The position numbers and the translations under genes were made by a program. The notes below the pieces were generated by a model. That model was not told the DNA's origin, searched no databases, and saw only the letters and a list, made by a program, of their open reading frames with translations. 64,000 bases of DNA, from positions 339 to 64,338 of the forward strand of contig LCKI01000001.1 in the NCBI GenBank assembly GCA_001001345.1. The letters are read 5' to 3'. This stretch comes from Parcubacteria group bacterium GW2011_GWC1_45_14 (GTDB lineage: Bacteria > Patescibacteriota > Minisyncoccia > Moranbacterales > GWC2-37-73). This document shows positions 39,932-50,526 of this stretch, piece by piece (the stretch's first letter is position 1; every line of letters starts with the position of its first letter).

Positions 39932-40963
39932 ATGGATCATTCTCTATATCTTTTGCCTTTTCTCTCTTCTTTTTCGATAGCCTTGGCATTGTTACTTTTT
40001 TTGCTTTTTGCGAAAGGATTCGTTCCGGAAAAAAGAAAGGCAGCTAGGCATATCCACGGGAAGGGAGTTTCCAGGCTCGGGGGTATCGCTATTATTCTGT
40101 CGTTCGGAGCTTCTTTGCTTTTGGACCCCAATCTTTTCATCTCCCGTCCGCTACAGGGGGTGTTGATAGCGCTTGTCTTCGTTTTCATAGTCGGCTTATG
40201 GGATGATGCCAGGGAACTGGATTGGAGGGCTCAGATTTTTTTTCAAATAGCTATCGTCGTCTTCATTTTTATCATGGGGGTGAGGGTGGAATATGTCTCC
40301 AATCCCCTTGGCGGAGTTTTTGAGTTGAATCCTGAGAAATTCTTTCTACCTAGCCTTTTGCTGATAGTGGCTTGGGTTATCATCCTTATGAATTCCATGA
40401 ATTGGGTGGACGGGGTGGATGGTCTCAGTGGGGGAATAACGCTTATCGGAGCAATCACTATTTTTTTGCTCAGTCTGAAGCCGGAAGTGAATCAGCCCCC
40501 GGTGGCCATCATAGCGGCGTCTTTGGTCGGAGCAGTGTTGGCCTTTCTTATTCTCAATTTCCACCCATCAAAAATTCTCGCAGGCACGAGCGGTTCCATG
40601 TTCATGGGCTTCATTCTGGCTATCTTGGCCGTTTTTGCGGGAACGAAAATAGCCACGGCCCTCTTGGTTATGGCTATACCTATTGCGGATGCTTGCTGGG
40701 TGATTTTTGAAAGAATCAGAAGCGGCCAGTCGGTGTTCGAGGCGGACAGAAGACATCTCCATCACAAGCTTTTGGAGCTGGGCTGGAGCCAGCGGAAAAT
40801 CTGCCTGTTTTTTTATATCATTACCGCTCTTATAGCCGCGGTAGCGCTCAACACCAGGACGATCGGCAAAGCAGTGACGATTCTGCTGGTTGCAGTCATA
40901 ATGCTTGCCATGCTTTATTATATAAATAGGAGAACCAATTCCGTTACAAATAAGGTTATTTGA
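39932..40963 (+). CDS. Polyprenyl-phosphate N-acetylhexosamine-1-phosphate transferase (MraY/WecA family)
   Basis: LWDDARELD and NSMNWVDGVDGLSGG motifs. Confidence 0.8.
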   Translation: MDHSLYLLPFLSSFSIALALLLFLLFAKGFVPEKRKAARHIHGKGVSRLGGIAIILSFGASLLLDPNLFISRPLQGVLIALVFVFIVGLWDDARELDWRAQIFFQIAIVVFIFIMGVRVEYVSNPLGGVFELNPEKFFLPSLLLIVAWVIILMNSMNWVDGVDGLSGGITLIGAITIFLLSLKPEVNQPPVAIIAASLVGAVLAFLILNFHPSKILAGTSGSMFMGFILAILAVFAGTKIATALLVMAIPIADACWVIFERIRSGQSVFEADRRHLHHKLLELGWSQRKICLFFYIITALIAAVALNTRTIGKAVTILLVAVIMLAMLYYINRRTNSVTNKVI

Positions 40964-40966
40964 GAC

Positions 40967-41419
40967 ATGCAAAGAATTAAAAAATACATGGTCGTTTGGG
41001 CGGTTTCAGCGGTGCTCATGGTGGTCCTGGTCTTTTTCGCATACCCTGGTTCTTATTCTGTTCATGGCAATGCCGTGAAAAACGCTTCTTTGGATGGGGA
41101 AAATTTGCGCGTGGAAATCGTGGATACGGCGGAAAAGATGCGGCAGGGACTAGGGGGAAGAAAGGGGATTTGTGAGAGATGCGGCATGCTGTTCGTTTTT
41201 TCCGAAAGTGGCAAGCATTCTTTTTGGATGAAGGGCATGGAATTCCCATTGGACATCCTTTGGTTGAGAGACGGAAAAGTGGTGGCGATAGAGGGCGGTG
41301 TTTCCCGTGATTCGAGAGAAATTTTTTCCCCCGATGTCGTTTCTGACCAGGTCCTGGAACTTAACGCTGGCATGGCCGACGGACTTGGCATAGGGATCGG
41401 CAGCGAACTGGCGCTTTGA
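40967..41419 (+). CDS. DUF192 domain protein
   Basis: MEFPLDILWL motif. Confidence 0.65.
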   Translation: MQRIKKYMVVWAVSAVLMVVLVFFAYPGSYSVHGNAVKNASLDGENLRVEIVDTAEKMRQGLGGRKGICERCGMLFVFSESGKHSFWMKGMEFPLDILWLRDGKVVAIEGGVSRDSREIFSPDVVSDQVLELNAGMADGLGIGIGSELAL

Positions 41420-41534
41420 TCCAATAAACAGCCAACATAAAACCCCGCATTTGCGGGGTTTTATGTTATCTATAAAGATTTGAATTTCTTGTCTTAAAGA
41501 ACGATGTCGTCAGATTTCCCGACACTGGCAATCC

Positions 41535-42131
41535 CTATGACAGGGAGGTTACTAGCGCTGAGTATTTCTGCAAATTCTGGAGCTGCTTCTCGTTCAGGTT
41601 TTTGGACTGTCCGATAGCATTCTGGATCAGTTCCTTGGAGAATTCTATCGTCGTTCCCGGGTGTACTCTTTCCTGGAATCCGACATTCTTCCTGAGGTAA
41701 TCTTCGATGTAGATCTTGTGTTCCTTGGTCAATGCTGAGTCCGGATTCTTTTCGAGGTAATTGGCGAGAGCTCTACGTGCCAAATGGGTCACGCCGTCTC
41801 CCTTCACTGCTGTTTCTACGAATGAAGATTCCGTTTCTTTGCTCACAGGAGCCTGTACTTCTTCGGCAGCTTTTGGGGTTTCCGTTCCGGCAACCTGTTG
41901 TCCGGCCTGTTCTCCTTCAATCTCGACGGTTCCTTGTTCCTGCGTCTCGGTCTGCTGTTGGGAACCTTCTTCGACTACCGCAAGCTTTTCTGATCTTTTG
42001 GAGTAAGAATAGATTCCTCCGGCTATAGCTACCACGATAATGACGCTCACGATGATACGCAGATTATCCTGAAACCATCTTTTTGCTGCATCAGCCTTGG
42101 TTTCCTGTGACTGGGGTGTTGTTTCTTCCAT
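41535..42131 (-). CDS. Hypothetical single-TM protein
   Basis: RBS GGAAGGAAGG upstream of ATG at 42131. Confidence 0.5.
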   Translation of the reverse strand: MEETTPQSQETKADAAKRWFQDNLRIIVSVIIVVAIAGGIYSYSKRSEKLAVVEEGSQQQTETQEQGTVEIEGEQAGQQVAGTETPKAAEEVQAPVSKETESSFVETAVKGDGVTHLARRALANYLEKNPDSALTKEHKIYIEDYLRKNVGFQERVHPGTTIEFSKELIQNAIGQSKNLNEKQLQNLQKYSALVTSLS

Positions 42132-42950
42132 ATTTTCACCTTCCTTCCTAGTTTAATCATTAATGGCCGAATGCTTTCGTTGAAGCGCCCTTAAAGCTCC
42201 GAAGAGCTTCTCGACCCACTCTTTCCTTCATTGTATAAGAGGCATATTTGCGCGTCAACTAGACAATGTGGGCATTTATTGTCGTAATAAAGCGGCAAAG
42301 AACACCTTATCATTCGCTGATTGCCTACCCTAATAGTCAGATATTTTCCCGAGGAAGCAGGGAGGAGGTGATCGGGAATCGAGAAGAAACCGGAGGCAAA
42401 TTTTCGAAAAAGGGCGTAGCTGATCATAAGAGAAATAGCGGATATTTTTTTTCAATATTTTTTTAAAAAAAATAAAGTGAAAAAATGCCTTGCTAAAATT
42501 TTTTTTGAAAAATTCTGACAAGGATAATGTTCGATCCCACGAATGATCCCTGGAGGAGTGGCGGATTGGTTGGGCGGATACACTGCGTGACTTTTTCACC
42601 TTACCTGATATTATCCAGTAAAAATCGATGTTAAAAACATTTTGAAAAAATAAAAATCATTTAAAAATTTTTTTCACCTCCCGTAACTTTTTACGCGGTG
42701 AAACGGGTGGGTGTGGATAACTTTTTTGCATTGCTTTTTTAAAAAAATAACTTATACTTAAGACATGAGAAAATTATTTTTGAAAAATATTTTTAAAAAT
42801 AATTTGTAGTAAGTTCTGTGAAAACAAAATTTAAAAATTAAAATAAAATTTTTTATACCGGTGCATCAAATGATGTTGTCGGGAAAAAAATAAAAGCTGT
42901 CGAAGATGCGGTGTGCGGATGTTGGTCTTGCGTCTTTCTCAAAGATAAAA

Positions 42951-43025
42951 ACAAAAATTCACCCAGTTAAATAATTTTGCTTTTGGCAAAATTTCCGCAA
43001 AGCGGAATTTAACGGGGCAAGAAAG
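42951..43025. repeat. Palindromic nested-hairpin element copy D
   Basis: acaaaaattcacccagttaaataat ... aatttaacggggcaagaaag. Confidence 0.6.
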
Positions 43026-43106
43026 ATTATCTGAAAAAAAGACGCGGGGCTAACAGCTTCGTATACTACAGGATTTCTGACAGTATTTTAGAAGGAGGTG
43101 ACTATC

Positions 43107-43244
43107 ATGGCAAAGAAAAAAGTAGCTAAAAAAGCAGTAAAAAAGGCTGTAAAAAAAGTTGCAAAGAAGAAAGTTGCTAAAAAAGCTCCTAAAAAAGCTG
43201 TAAAAAAAGTAGCAAAGAAGAAGACTGCAAAAAGAAAAAAATAG
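43107..43244 (+). CDS. 45-aa Lys/Ala-rich histone H1-like basic protein (MAKKKVAKKAVKKAVKKVAKKKVAKKAPKKAVKKVAKKKTAKRKK)
   Basis: GAAGGAGG RBS 7 nt upstream, followed by terminator; below ORF-track length cut-off. Confidence 0.55.
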   Translation: MAKKKVAKKAVKKAVKKVAKKKVAKKAPKKAVKKVAKKKTAKRKK

Positions 43245-43290
43245 TATTTTGAATCTCACTAAGCTTAAATGCTTTTAGTGCGCACAAGCA

Positions 43291-43316
43291 AAAAACCACC
43301 AAATGGTGGTTTTTTG
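43291..43316 (+). terminator. Rho-independent terminator after small basic protein
   Basis: aaaaaccacc-aaat-ggtggtttttt. Confidence 0.5.
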
Positions 43317-43348
43317 CGTTATCGCTGCCATGTTTTAACGCCTTGAAA

Positions 43349-44269
43349 TCAATACGTCAAAGTGACTTTCGCCACCCTCCATTTTCCGGCCAGATCTTTT
43401 TTAAATTCCGTTTTCGCCTCGGGAAAGATTTCTTTTATGAGATCTTGAAGAGATGTTTTTTGCTCCGGACTTATTTCCATGTAGCATGTGACGTGTGCCA
43501 TTCGGCATGCAAGCGATTCCTTTATCTGGCTAAGAAGTTCCTCGTAGTGGCCCAGGCCTTGCTTGGGACTATACAGCGCCGATTTCGGTTCGAAATCCTT
43601 CACATCCTTGGGCGCGCTTTCGTAAATATCTTTTGAGAGATAGGGGAGGTTTGCCAGAATCACTATTTTAGAATTTCTAATTTCTAATTTCAAATTTCGA
43701 ATGAGCGGCTCGAGCAGGCTTCCATGCAGAAAGTCTACATCGTCAGCTACCTTATGGAGCTTGGCGTTTTTCTGGGCAACTTCCAATGCATCTTCACTCA
43801 TGTCGATCCCAAATAATGAGACGTGCTTATTGTTTTTCAATTCATGCGCAAGTGAGATTATGATGTTTCCTGATCCTGTTCCGATGTCGGCGACCGCGAT
43901 GCCGTCGCTTTGGCTGCGCAGCCCATCTTCGTCATGTTTCGTCGAGGCAAGCATGTTGCGTAGCAGTTTCAGTGAATCCTCGACGAGTATTTCCGTTTCC
44001 GGGCGGGGAATCAGGGTGTGCTTGTTGACGGAGAAATCCAATCCGTAAAATTCCTTGTGCTCCGTGATGTAAGCGAGCGGCTCACCCTTGATTCTTCTTC
44101 CTATATTTTTTTCAATTACGGATGACTGGTGACTAGTAACTGTCGCCTCCGGATGCGTTAAAATAAATTCCCTCGGCTTGGCAAGGGAATTTGCGATGAT
44201 AATCTCGGTATCGAACGCGTCCAGCTTATTTTTGTATTTTTGGATGATATTTTTGATCGTCATTATCAT
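43349..44269 (-). CDS. prmC: Release factor glutamine N5-methyltransferase PrmC/HemK (NPPY variant LANLPY)
   Basis: [12 protein letters not shown] motif, LANLPY, adjacent to prfA with 4-nt overlap. Confidence 0.85.
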   Translation of the reverse strand: MIMTIKNIIQKYKNKLDAFDTEIIIANSLAKPREFILTHPEATVTSHQSSVIEKNIGRRIKGEPLAYITEHKEFYGLDFSVNKHTLIPRPETEILVEDSLKLLRNMLASTKHDEDGLRSQSDGIAVADIGTGSGNIIISLAHELKNNKHVSLFGIDMSEDALEVAQKNAKLHKVADDVDFLHGSLLEPLIRNLKLEIRNSKIVILANLPYLSKDIYESAPKDVKDFEPKSALYSPKQGLGHYEELLSQIKESLACRMAHVTCYMEISPEQKTSLQDLIKEIFPEAKTEFKKDLAGKWRVAKVTLTY

Positions 44270-45345
44270 TGCTTATCCGAAGAAAGGAGTTTCTTGATAT
44301 TTTCTTCTTGGAGTTCGTTTAGGATATCCTCCAGGTTTCCATCAAGCACTCCCTCGATGTTGCTCCAGGATTGCTTGATGCGGTGGTCGGTAATCCGGTC
44401 TTGCGGGAAATTGTATGTCCTGATTTTTTCGCTGCGGTCGCCTGTTCCGATCTGGCTTTTTCTTTCATCGCCGAGTTCCTTGGCCTTCCTTTCCTCTTCG
44501 GCCTGGACAAGTCTCGATCGCAGGACCTTCATGGCCTTGTCCTTGTTCTTGTGTTGGGATTTCTCATCCTGGCAGGAGACTATGAGGCCGGTCGGGATAT
44601 GCGTGATGCGGATAGCTGATTTGGTGGTGTTGACCGATTGTCCACCGGGACCGGAGGAGCAGAAGGTATCTATGCGCAGATCATTCGGGTTGATTTTGAA
44701 TTCAACTTCTTCGATTTGAGGAAGCACCGCTACTGTCGCGGTGGACGTGTGGATCCTGCCCATCTTTTCGGTTTCCGGAATCCTCTGCACGCGATGCACT
44801 CCGGATTCATGCTTGAGACTCCTATATACCGGGACGTCGCCGGTCGAATTTATTTCAAAAACTATTTCTTTGAACCCTCCGAGGTCGCTCTGGTGCGAAT
44901 CCATGACGGAAACCTTCCAGCCCCTCTTTTCTGCGTACTTTGAATACATCCTGAAAAGGTCTCCGGCGAAAAGGGAGGATTCATCTCCTCCGGCTCCCGC
45001 GCGGATTTCCATGATCACGTCTTTGCTGTCATTGGGGTCTTTCGGGAGCAGCATGAACTCGAGCTCCTTTTCCAACCCTTCCTTCTTTTTAGCCAGTTCG
45101 ATGCTCTCCTCCATGGCCATCTGTTTCATTTCCTCGTCAGTTTCCATGTTCATAATCTCGGCGTTTCCCTTCATGTCTGATTCGATCTTTTCCAATTCCT
45201 CAATTGTCCTGATGGTTTCGGAAAGTTCGGATTGCCTTCTTCCCAGAGTAGCCATCTTTTTGGGATCGGAAACTATCTCAGGGGAATTGAGTTGGTCGGA
45301 GATGTCCTGGTATTCTTTTTTGATTGCGTCTATTTTGTTCTTCAT
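44266..45345 (-). CDS. prfA: Peptide chain release factor 1 (GGQ; tripeptide motif reads PET instead of PAT/PVT)
   Basis: [26 protein letters not shown]. Confidence 0.9.
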   Translation of the reverse strand: MKNKIDAIKKEYQDISDQLNSPEIVSDPKKMATLGRRQSELSETIRTIEELEKIESDMKGNAEIMNMETDEEMKQMAMEESIELAKKKEGLEKELEFMLLPKDPNDSKDVIMEIRAGAGGDESSLFAGDLFRMYSKYAEKRGWKVSVMDSHQSDLGGFKEIVFEINSTGDVPVYRSLKHESGVHRVQRIPETEKMGRIHTSTATVAVLPQIEEVEFKINPNDLRIDTFCSSGPGGQSVNTTKSAIRITHIPTGLIVSCQDEKSQHKNKDKAMKVLRSRLVQAEEERKAKELGDERKSQIGTGDRSEKIRTYNFPQDRITDHRIKQSWSNIEGVLDGNLEDILNELQEENIKKLLSSDKQ

Positions 45346-45715
45346 ATGGATACTGTGTCGATAATGCGAATTTATGGGGAATATGATATGATTAAACCAT
45401 AAAATACGCGTAAATACAGTTTATCTTTCAAAAGGGGGAAAGTCAATGAAGGAGGATGAGGGAGTGTTATCCAGGCTTTTCGCGATAGGCTGGAGAGGCG
45501 AAAAAGGTCAGCTGAAAATCGAAATTTAATAATCAATGAAAAAGCTTATGTTCAAAGATAAAATAGCTTTACTGATAAGGAGGATTATCGGTGGATATTC
45601 CAATCACATAGGGAAGTTGGAAAACGAGCAGAATAAGCTCATCGACGAATTCGTCCTGAAATTGGAAGAAAAAAAGAAAGAAAATTTAAGGAGAGAAATT
45701 GATAAATAAACACAT

Positions 45716-46831
45716 ATGTTCAAATTGGATGAAAATTTTCAAACAAAAAAAGATCCTTCAGTCGGGAGCAACAAGCTTGAAAGAGGGTTCGCGGAAAAAA
45801 CTTTGGAAAAAGATGTCCTGGGTATGGAGGACAAGGCGCTCGAATTGAAAAAAAGAGGGGATGCGAGATTGGAAGAAGCGCTCGAATTATGCGGATTGGA
45901 AACTGAACAAATAGCGAGAATAAAGAAGGAATTGAAAATCGATGAGAAAATGAGAGATATAAACATACGGGCAAACAATTCCCTGGCCCGCGCTTTTCAT
46001 TTCGTGAAAAAGACGATCACTGTCGGCCTGGCATTTCTGGCCTTTTCGGGAGATGCGATGACCGGCCAAGCGCAAACCGATGGGTATGAAAAAATATTAG
46101 AGGAAGTGACGATGAGAATGAAAGAGATCGCTTCGGATAGCGCCAAGGAAATCAGGCGTACGCTGCAAGAGCATATCGCAAGCAAGGAGTATTTGGACAA
46201 GCTGGCGCTTGAGTTTGATGGGGACCTTGGGATGGCGGAAGATGCTCAAAAAAGAAGATTGGAATATTTGACCTCGACAAGCTCCGAATTTATGAGTTAT
46301 GACGATATCCAGATTGAAATGACCAGAAGAGAAGGCTCCTTTGAGATCCCAAGGTGGCTTGCGGAATTGAGTTTCATAAAAAAAGATTTCAAGACCGTTG
46401 CTTTTTACAGTACTTCTGAACATAGCGCGTTTCTTCCATTGGGTGAAAACAGGGAAGCGGTCGAGCATGAGCTTCTGCATGCCAGCACGAAAGGCCGAAA
46501 GGATATATCCGGGACTGCTAAAAAAATGCTTCGCGATTCCTATGATCCGTTGCATGACGAAGAAAGTGACAGGTATCATATCAACCCGACGGAAAGATTG
46601 GTCAGGAAACAGATGCTGGATCTGGAAATGGAAGAACTCGGCATCAAGGGGTATGGGGAAAAATTCACACATGACCATTATGAAACCCTAATCGACCTAT
46701 ATAACAAAGGGGAATTATCCCAAGGCGCCCGCGAATTCATTGAGACGACCAAGGCGGAATATTTCGAAGAGATTTTCAACGGGATAGCCGGTTTCAGTTT
46801 TGATTCTCCCGAGGTGGAAAATATTTCCTAA
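45716..46831 (+). CDS. Hypothetical protein with one TM segment
   Basis: long ORF, no recognised domain. Confidence 0.45.
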   Translation: MFKLDENFQTKKDPSVGSNKLERGFAEKTLEKDVLGMEDKALELKKRGDARLEEALELCGLETEQIARIKKELKIDEKMRDINIRANNSLARAFHFVKKTITVGLAFLAFSGDAMTGQAQTDGYEKILEEVTMRMKEIASDSAKEIRRTLQEHIASKEYLDKLALEFDGDLGMAEDAQKRRLEYLTSTSSEFMSYDDIQIEMTRREGSFEIPRWLAELSFIKKDFKTVAFYSTSEHSAFLPLGENREAVEHELLHASTKGRKDISGTAKKMLRDSYDPLHDEESDRYHINPTERLVRKQMLDLEMEELGIKGYGEKFTHDHYETLIDLYNKGELSQGAREFIETTKAEYFEEIFNGIAGFSFDSPEVENIS

Positions 46832-46865
46832 AAAGGAAATATTCATTTGTTTGCAATAAAAAACC

Positions 46866-46896
46866 CGGCCGATGTGGCCGGGTTTTTCGAAGTCGG
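46866..46896. terminator. Bidirectional terminator between convergent genes
   Basis: aaaaaacccggcc-gatgt-ggccgggttttt. Confidence 0.5.
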
Positions 46897-46902
46897 AATA
46901 AC

Positions 46903-47181
46903 TTATTTCTTTTTCTCTTCTTTTTTGACGGCAGGCTTCTTCGCGACCTTCGCTTTTTTGGAAGCTTCCTTTTTGGCTTCGGATTTTTCCGCGAGCTTCT
47001 TGAAGCGGTCTACGCGTCCGGTCGTGTCCAAAGTCTTTTTCTTTCCGGTATAGAAAGGATGGCACTGTGAGCAGATTTCTATATTCATCTCTTTCTGCGT
47101 AGCTCCGGTAGTCAAAACCGCTCCGCAAGAGCAGGTTATTTTCGCTTCGTCATAAAACTTCGGGTGGATATTCTTCTTCAT
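46903..47181 (-). CDS. rpmE: 50S ribosomal protein L31 with Lys-rich C-terminal extension
   Basis: [10 protein letters not shown]...CSCG...[11 protein letters not shown]. Confidence 0.9.
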   Translation of the reverse strand: MKKNIHPKFYDEAKITCSCGAVLTTGATQKEMNIEICSQCHPFYTGKKKTLDTTGRVDRFKKLAEKSEAKKEASKKAKVAKKPAVKKEEKKK

Positions 47182-47498
47182 GGATGTTCTCTGTGAATTG
47201 CGAATCCATACGATATATACGGATCCGAATAGATGATAATATTGTTACTAGGGCAATTTAGCACGTCTTATCAGAATTGACAAGGGCCAAAGGTCTGCTA
47301 TACTGAAGCTCGTACTCACTATTTGAATAAAAAACATATTTTTTCCCGGTCTCTTCCTGCCCCGAAATATCGGGGTTGAGGCTCATATAAAGGAAAAAAT
47401 AGGTGATTACTCCCGCTCCAAGAAGGCGGATGTTAATAAATTAAGGAAAATCCCAACTGAATAAATTCGCTTTTTTTGAAAAAGCGGGGTTTGGCGGG

Positions 47499-48287
47499 AT
47501 GAAAACGATGAAAAAAGAAGAAAAAGCCCCGGTGGCTGCGACTGCGGTTGCGAAAAAGGAAGAAGGAGCTGAGAATTATTTCTCGACTCTCGATTTTTCC
47601 GCGTTGGAAGTGAGTATGGAAGAAATGCTCAAGGCGGGTGTCCATTTCGGTCACCAGAAATCAAGAAGGAATCCGAAGATGAATGAATACATCTTCACGA
47701 CGAAAAAGAGCATAAATATCATCGACCTCTCGAAGACCCAGCAGAAGGTTTCCGAGGCGCTTGAATTCATCAAGGAGCTTAGGAAAGAGGGAAAGCACAT
47801 TCTATTCGTGGGAACGAGACCCCAGGTGAAGAACTTGGTGGTTTCAGCCGCCAAGTCTGTCGAAATGCCATATGTCGTTGAGAGATGGCTCGGTGGAACA
47901 TTTACGAACTTCAAGAACATCAGATCAAGGACGAGATACCTCGTTGATTCCCAGGCTATGATGGAGAAAGGGGAATTTCAGAAATACACCAAATTCGAAA
48001 GAATGAAGAAGGTGGAAGAGCTTGAAAAAATGGAAGAAAGGATGGGTGGAATAAAGCACATGAGCGAGCTTCCAGGAGCTATTTTCGTAACCAGCGTTAA
48101 GGAGGATAGGATCGCCATCAATGAAGCGCAGAAAATCGGCATCCCTGTGATCGGAATCTCCGATACGAATACGGATCCGACCCTTGTCGATTATCCTATT
48201 CCAGCGAACGATGACGCTCTTTCATCCGTCAAGTTGATTCTGAGCTACGTCTGCAAGGCCCTGTCGACAAGCAAGAAACAGGCATAA
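47499..48287 (+). CDS. rpsB: 30S ribosomal protein S2 with N-terminal extension
   Basis: VHFGHQKSRRNPKM. Confidence 0.9.
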   Translation: MKTMKKEEKAPVAATAVAKKEEGAENYFSTLDFSALEVSMEEMLKAGVHFGHQKSRRNPKMNEYIFTTKKSINIIDLSKTQQKVSEALEFIKELRKEGKHILFVGTRPQVKNLVVSAAKSVEMPYVVERWLGGTFTNFKNIRSRTRYLVDSQAMMEKGEFQKYTKFERMKKVEELEKMEERMGGIKHMSELPGAIFVTSVKEDRIAINEAQKIGIPVIGISDTNTDPTLVDYPIPANDDALSSVKLILSYVCKALSTSKKQA

Positions 48288-48339
48288 ATAAATTTGAAAT
48301 TTGAATTGAAAAATTAAGAATTTAAAATTGCATACGAAT

Positions 48340-48918
48340 ATGTTGGAAACAATAAAGAGAATAAGGGAAAGGACCGGAGCCGGAGTCGTGAATATTAAAA
48401 AAGCTCTCGACGAGGCCCAAGGAAATGAAGACAAGGCCATTGAAATCCTCAGAAAACAAGGAGAGGGAAAGGCTCTTAAAAAGGCTGACCGCGAAGCCAA
48501 GGAAGGCGTAGTGGTTTCCTATATCCACTCAAACAACAGGGTCGGAGCATTGCTCAAGCTTCTTTGCGAAACCGATTTCGTCGCCAGGAACACCGAGTTT
48601 CAGGAATTGGCCAAGGATATCGCCATGCACATCACCGCGATGAATCCTCAATTCGTGAAACCGGAGGAGGTCCCATCGGAAGCTGTTGAGAAGGAGAAGG
48701 AAATTTGGAAAGCCCAGCTGGCCACGGAAGGCAAGCCTGAGAATATGATGGAGAAGATCATGGAAGGTAAAGAGAAGAAATTCCGCGAGGAAATCTCCCT
48801 TTTGACCCAGTCGTTCGTCAAAGACCCTTCGGTAAGTATCGGAGAATTGATCAATGAGAAAATCGGGAAAATCGGAGAGAATATCCAGATAGGAGAATTT
48901 GTCCGTTTTGAGTTATAA
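48340..48918 (+). CDS. tsf: Elongation factor Ts (short form)
   Basis: IKRIRERTGAGVVNIKKALDEAQG UBA-like N-terminus. Confidence 0.85.
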   Translation: MLETIKRIRERTGAGVVNIKKALDEAQGNEDKAIEILRKQGEGKALKKADREAKEGVVVSYIHSNNRVGALLKLLCETDFVARNTEFQELAKDIAMHITAMNPQFVKPEEVPSEAVEKEKEIWKAQLATEGKPENMMEKIMEGKEKKFREEISLLTQSFVKDPSVSIGELINEKIGKIGENIQIGEFVRFEL

Positions 48919-48961
48919 TACGAAGGAAGGAGGTCTGACTCTTTTTGAATAAGATTCGCTT

Positions 48962-49741
48962 ATGATGAAATATCTGGTGAAAGTGTATAGCTGGGAGAAT
49001 CCCCATTTATGTTATGGTGAAGACGGATTTGAACGAGGAGACAGGGTTGTTTTGAAAAAAGAAGAGTTCCAAAATGAGATAGGCACGGTTGAAACCGTCG
49101 CCGTCGACACCAAAGAGAAACCGGAATGTGCCATTGCCAGAAAAGCTACCGAAAAAGATGTCGAAGTTTTCGAGAAGAATGAGGAGAAGAAAAAAGAGAT
49201 TCTGGGAACATGCAAAGAGGAGGTGAAAAGATTGGGATTGGGGATGAAACTCGTCGATGCCAGGATAAGCCTGGACTCAAGCAATGTCGTCATCGCGTTC
49301 ACTGCCGAAGAGAGGGTGGATTTCCGTGAACTGGTCAAGAACCTTTCCAAGATATTCCGAAGGAGCGTGAGGATGCACCAGATCGGATCTCGTGACGAGG
49401 CCAGGAATCTTGGTGGCTGCGGGGTGTGCGGAAGGGGATTGTGTTGCAAGAGGTTTTCAGGAAGTCTGCCCAGCATTTCGATCGATATGGCGAGGGTCCA
49501 GCAGATCGCGCACCGCGGGAGCGAAAGGATTTCCGGAATTTGCGGAAGATTGATGTGTTGTCTCTCATATGAAGCCAAGCAGTATCAGGAACTCATGGTG
49601 GGAATGCCGGAATTGCACTCTAGCGTGAAGACGCCGGAAGGAAAAGGAACGGTCATTGAATTAAATCCTCTGACGCAGGAAGTAAAGACAAGATTGATTG
49701 ACGGTAAATACGCCACTTTCAAGAAAAAAGACATAAGCTAG
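48962..49741 (+). CDS. PSP1 C-terminal domain protein (YaaT/RicT-like)
   Basis: CGRGLCCKRF ... GICGRLMCCLSYE Cys motifs. Confidence 0.7.
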   Translation: MMKYLVKVYSWENPHLCYGEDGFERGDRVVLKKEEFQNEIGTVETVAVDTKEKPECAIARKATEKDVEVFEKNEEKKKEILGTCKEEVKRLGLGMKLVDARISLDSSNVVIAFTAEERVDFRELVKNLSKIFRRSVRMHQIGSRDEARNLGGCGVCGRGLCCKRFSGSLPSISIDMARVQQIAHRGSERISGICGRLMCCLSYEAKQYQELMVGMPELHSSVKTPEGKGTVIELNPLTQEVKTRLIDGKYATFKKKDIS

Positions 49742-49759
49742 TTAAAAAAACATCAATAC

Positions 49760-50491
49760 ATGCTGTACTATATTGTTCCACCGATAATAATAGTTCTAAG
49801 TCTCGCTTTTTTGATATCCTTCCTTTTTCGGAAGTTTTCAGCGGCTGGACGCGCGAATCTCGATTTGTTGGAGGACATGAATGGTGCCGAAGCGGCTAGA
49901 GCGGGAGGAAGCAGGGTGGGATCTTTTTTTTCACAGTTTTGGTTCCGGATCCTGGAAAGGATGACCCAACATCTGAAACTTCTTTCCTTGAAGATGCATA
50001 ATGCTAGTAACAATTGGTTCCACTCTGTAAGAAACAAGCGCGAAAGGGTTCATATGGCAGAGGTGGAAAGGTCTAATGAGGGCGGCGTGGCTGAGCTAAG
50101 GCAAGAAAGGAAAGATTTTGCCCCAGCTGAAAACATCAAAACCGAGACGGCCAGTGGATCGAACGAAGAGATAGTTATCAGGAGGAAACCCAGGTTGGAA
50201 AATTTTTCCATCAAGCAAAGGATTGTGCGCAAGAGGTTTATGCCCGTGAAAAAAGAGGAACCGGCGAAGCCTGCGCCTATGGAAAAAAACAGACTGGAGG
50301 ACGCGCTCATCAAGAGGATCGCGGTGAACCCCAAAGACATTGAGGCCTACGAGAGACTGGGGGATTATTATTCTGATATAAAGAATTTCAAGGACGCCGT
50401 CGAATGTTACAAGCAGGTTACTAAATTGAGTCCGCGCAACCTTAAAGCGAAGGTTAAACTCAGGAGCCTGGAAAGAATTTTGAAAAGGTGA
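49760..50491 (+). CDS. Membrane-anchored TPR-repeat protein
   Basis: N-terminal TM, C-terminal AVECYKQVTKLSPRN TPR-like. Confidence 0.45.
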   Translation: MLYYIVPPIIIVLSLAFLISFLFRKFSAAGRANLDLLEDMNGAEAARAGGSRVGSFFSQFWFRILERMTQHLKLLSLKMHNASNNWFHSVRNKRERVHMAEVERSNEGGVAELRQERKDFAPAENIKTETASGSNEEIVIRRKPRLENFSIKQRIVRKRFMPVKKEEPAKPAPMEKNRLEDALIKRIAVNPKDIEAYERLGDYYSDIKNFKDAVECYKQVTKLSPRNLKAKVKLRSLERILKR

Positions 50492-50526
50492 TAGAATGAA
50501 TTTTGTTCGGCTTTGGCCGGATAAGC

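Noticed and set aside
42140-42950. Small ORFs (42191-42427, 42266-42466, 42330-42599) and possible ncRNA in AT-rich 900-bp gap
   Set aside because: The ORFs overlap each other in different frames, lack RBS, and have low-complexity composition. The region is more likely promoter or UTR; GGAAGCAGG resembled an SRP domain IV but the surrounding sequence did not fit.
45536-45709. 57-aa ORF MKKLMFKDKIALLIRRIIGGYSNHIGKLENEQNKLIDEFVLKLEEKKKENLRREIDK in the prfA-45716 gap
   Set aside because: There is no RBS and no recognisable family. It could be a real small protein but the evidence is too thin to list as a feature.
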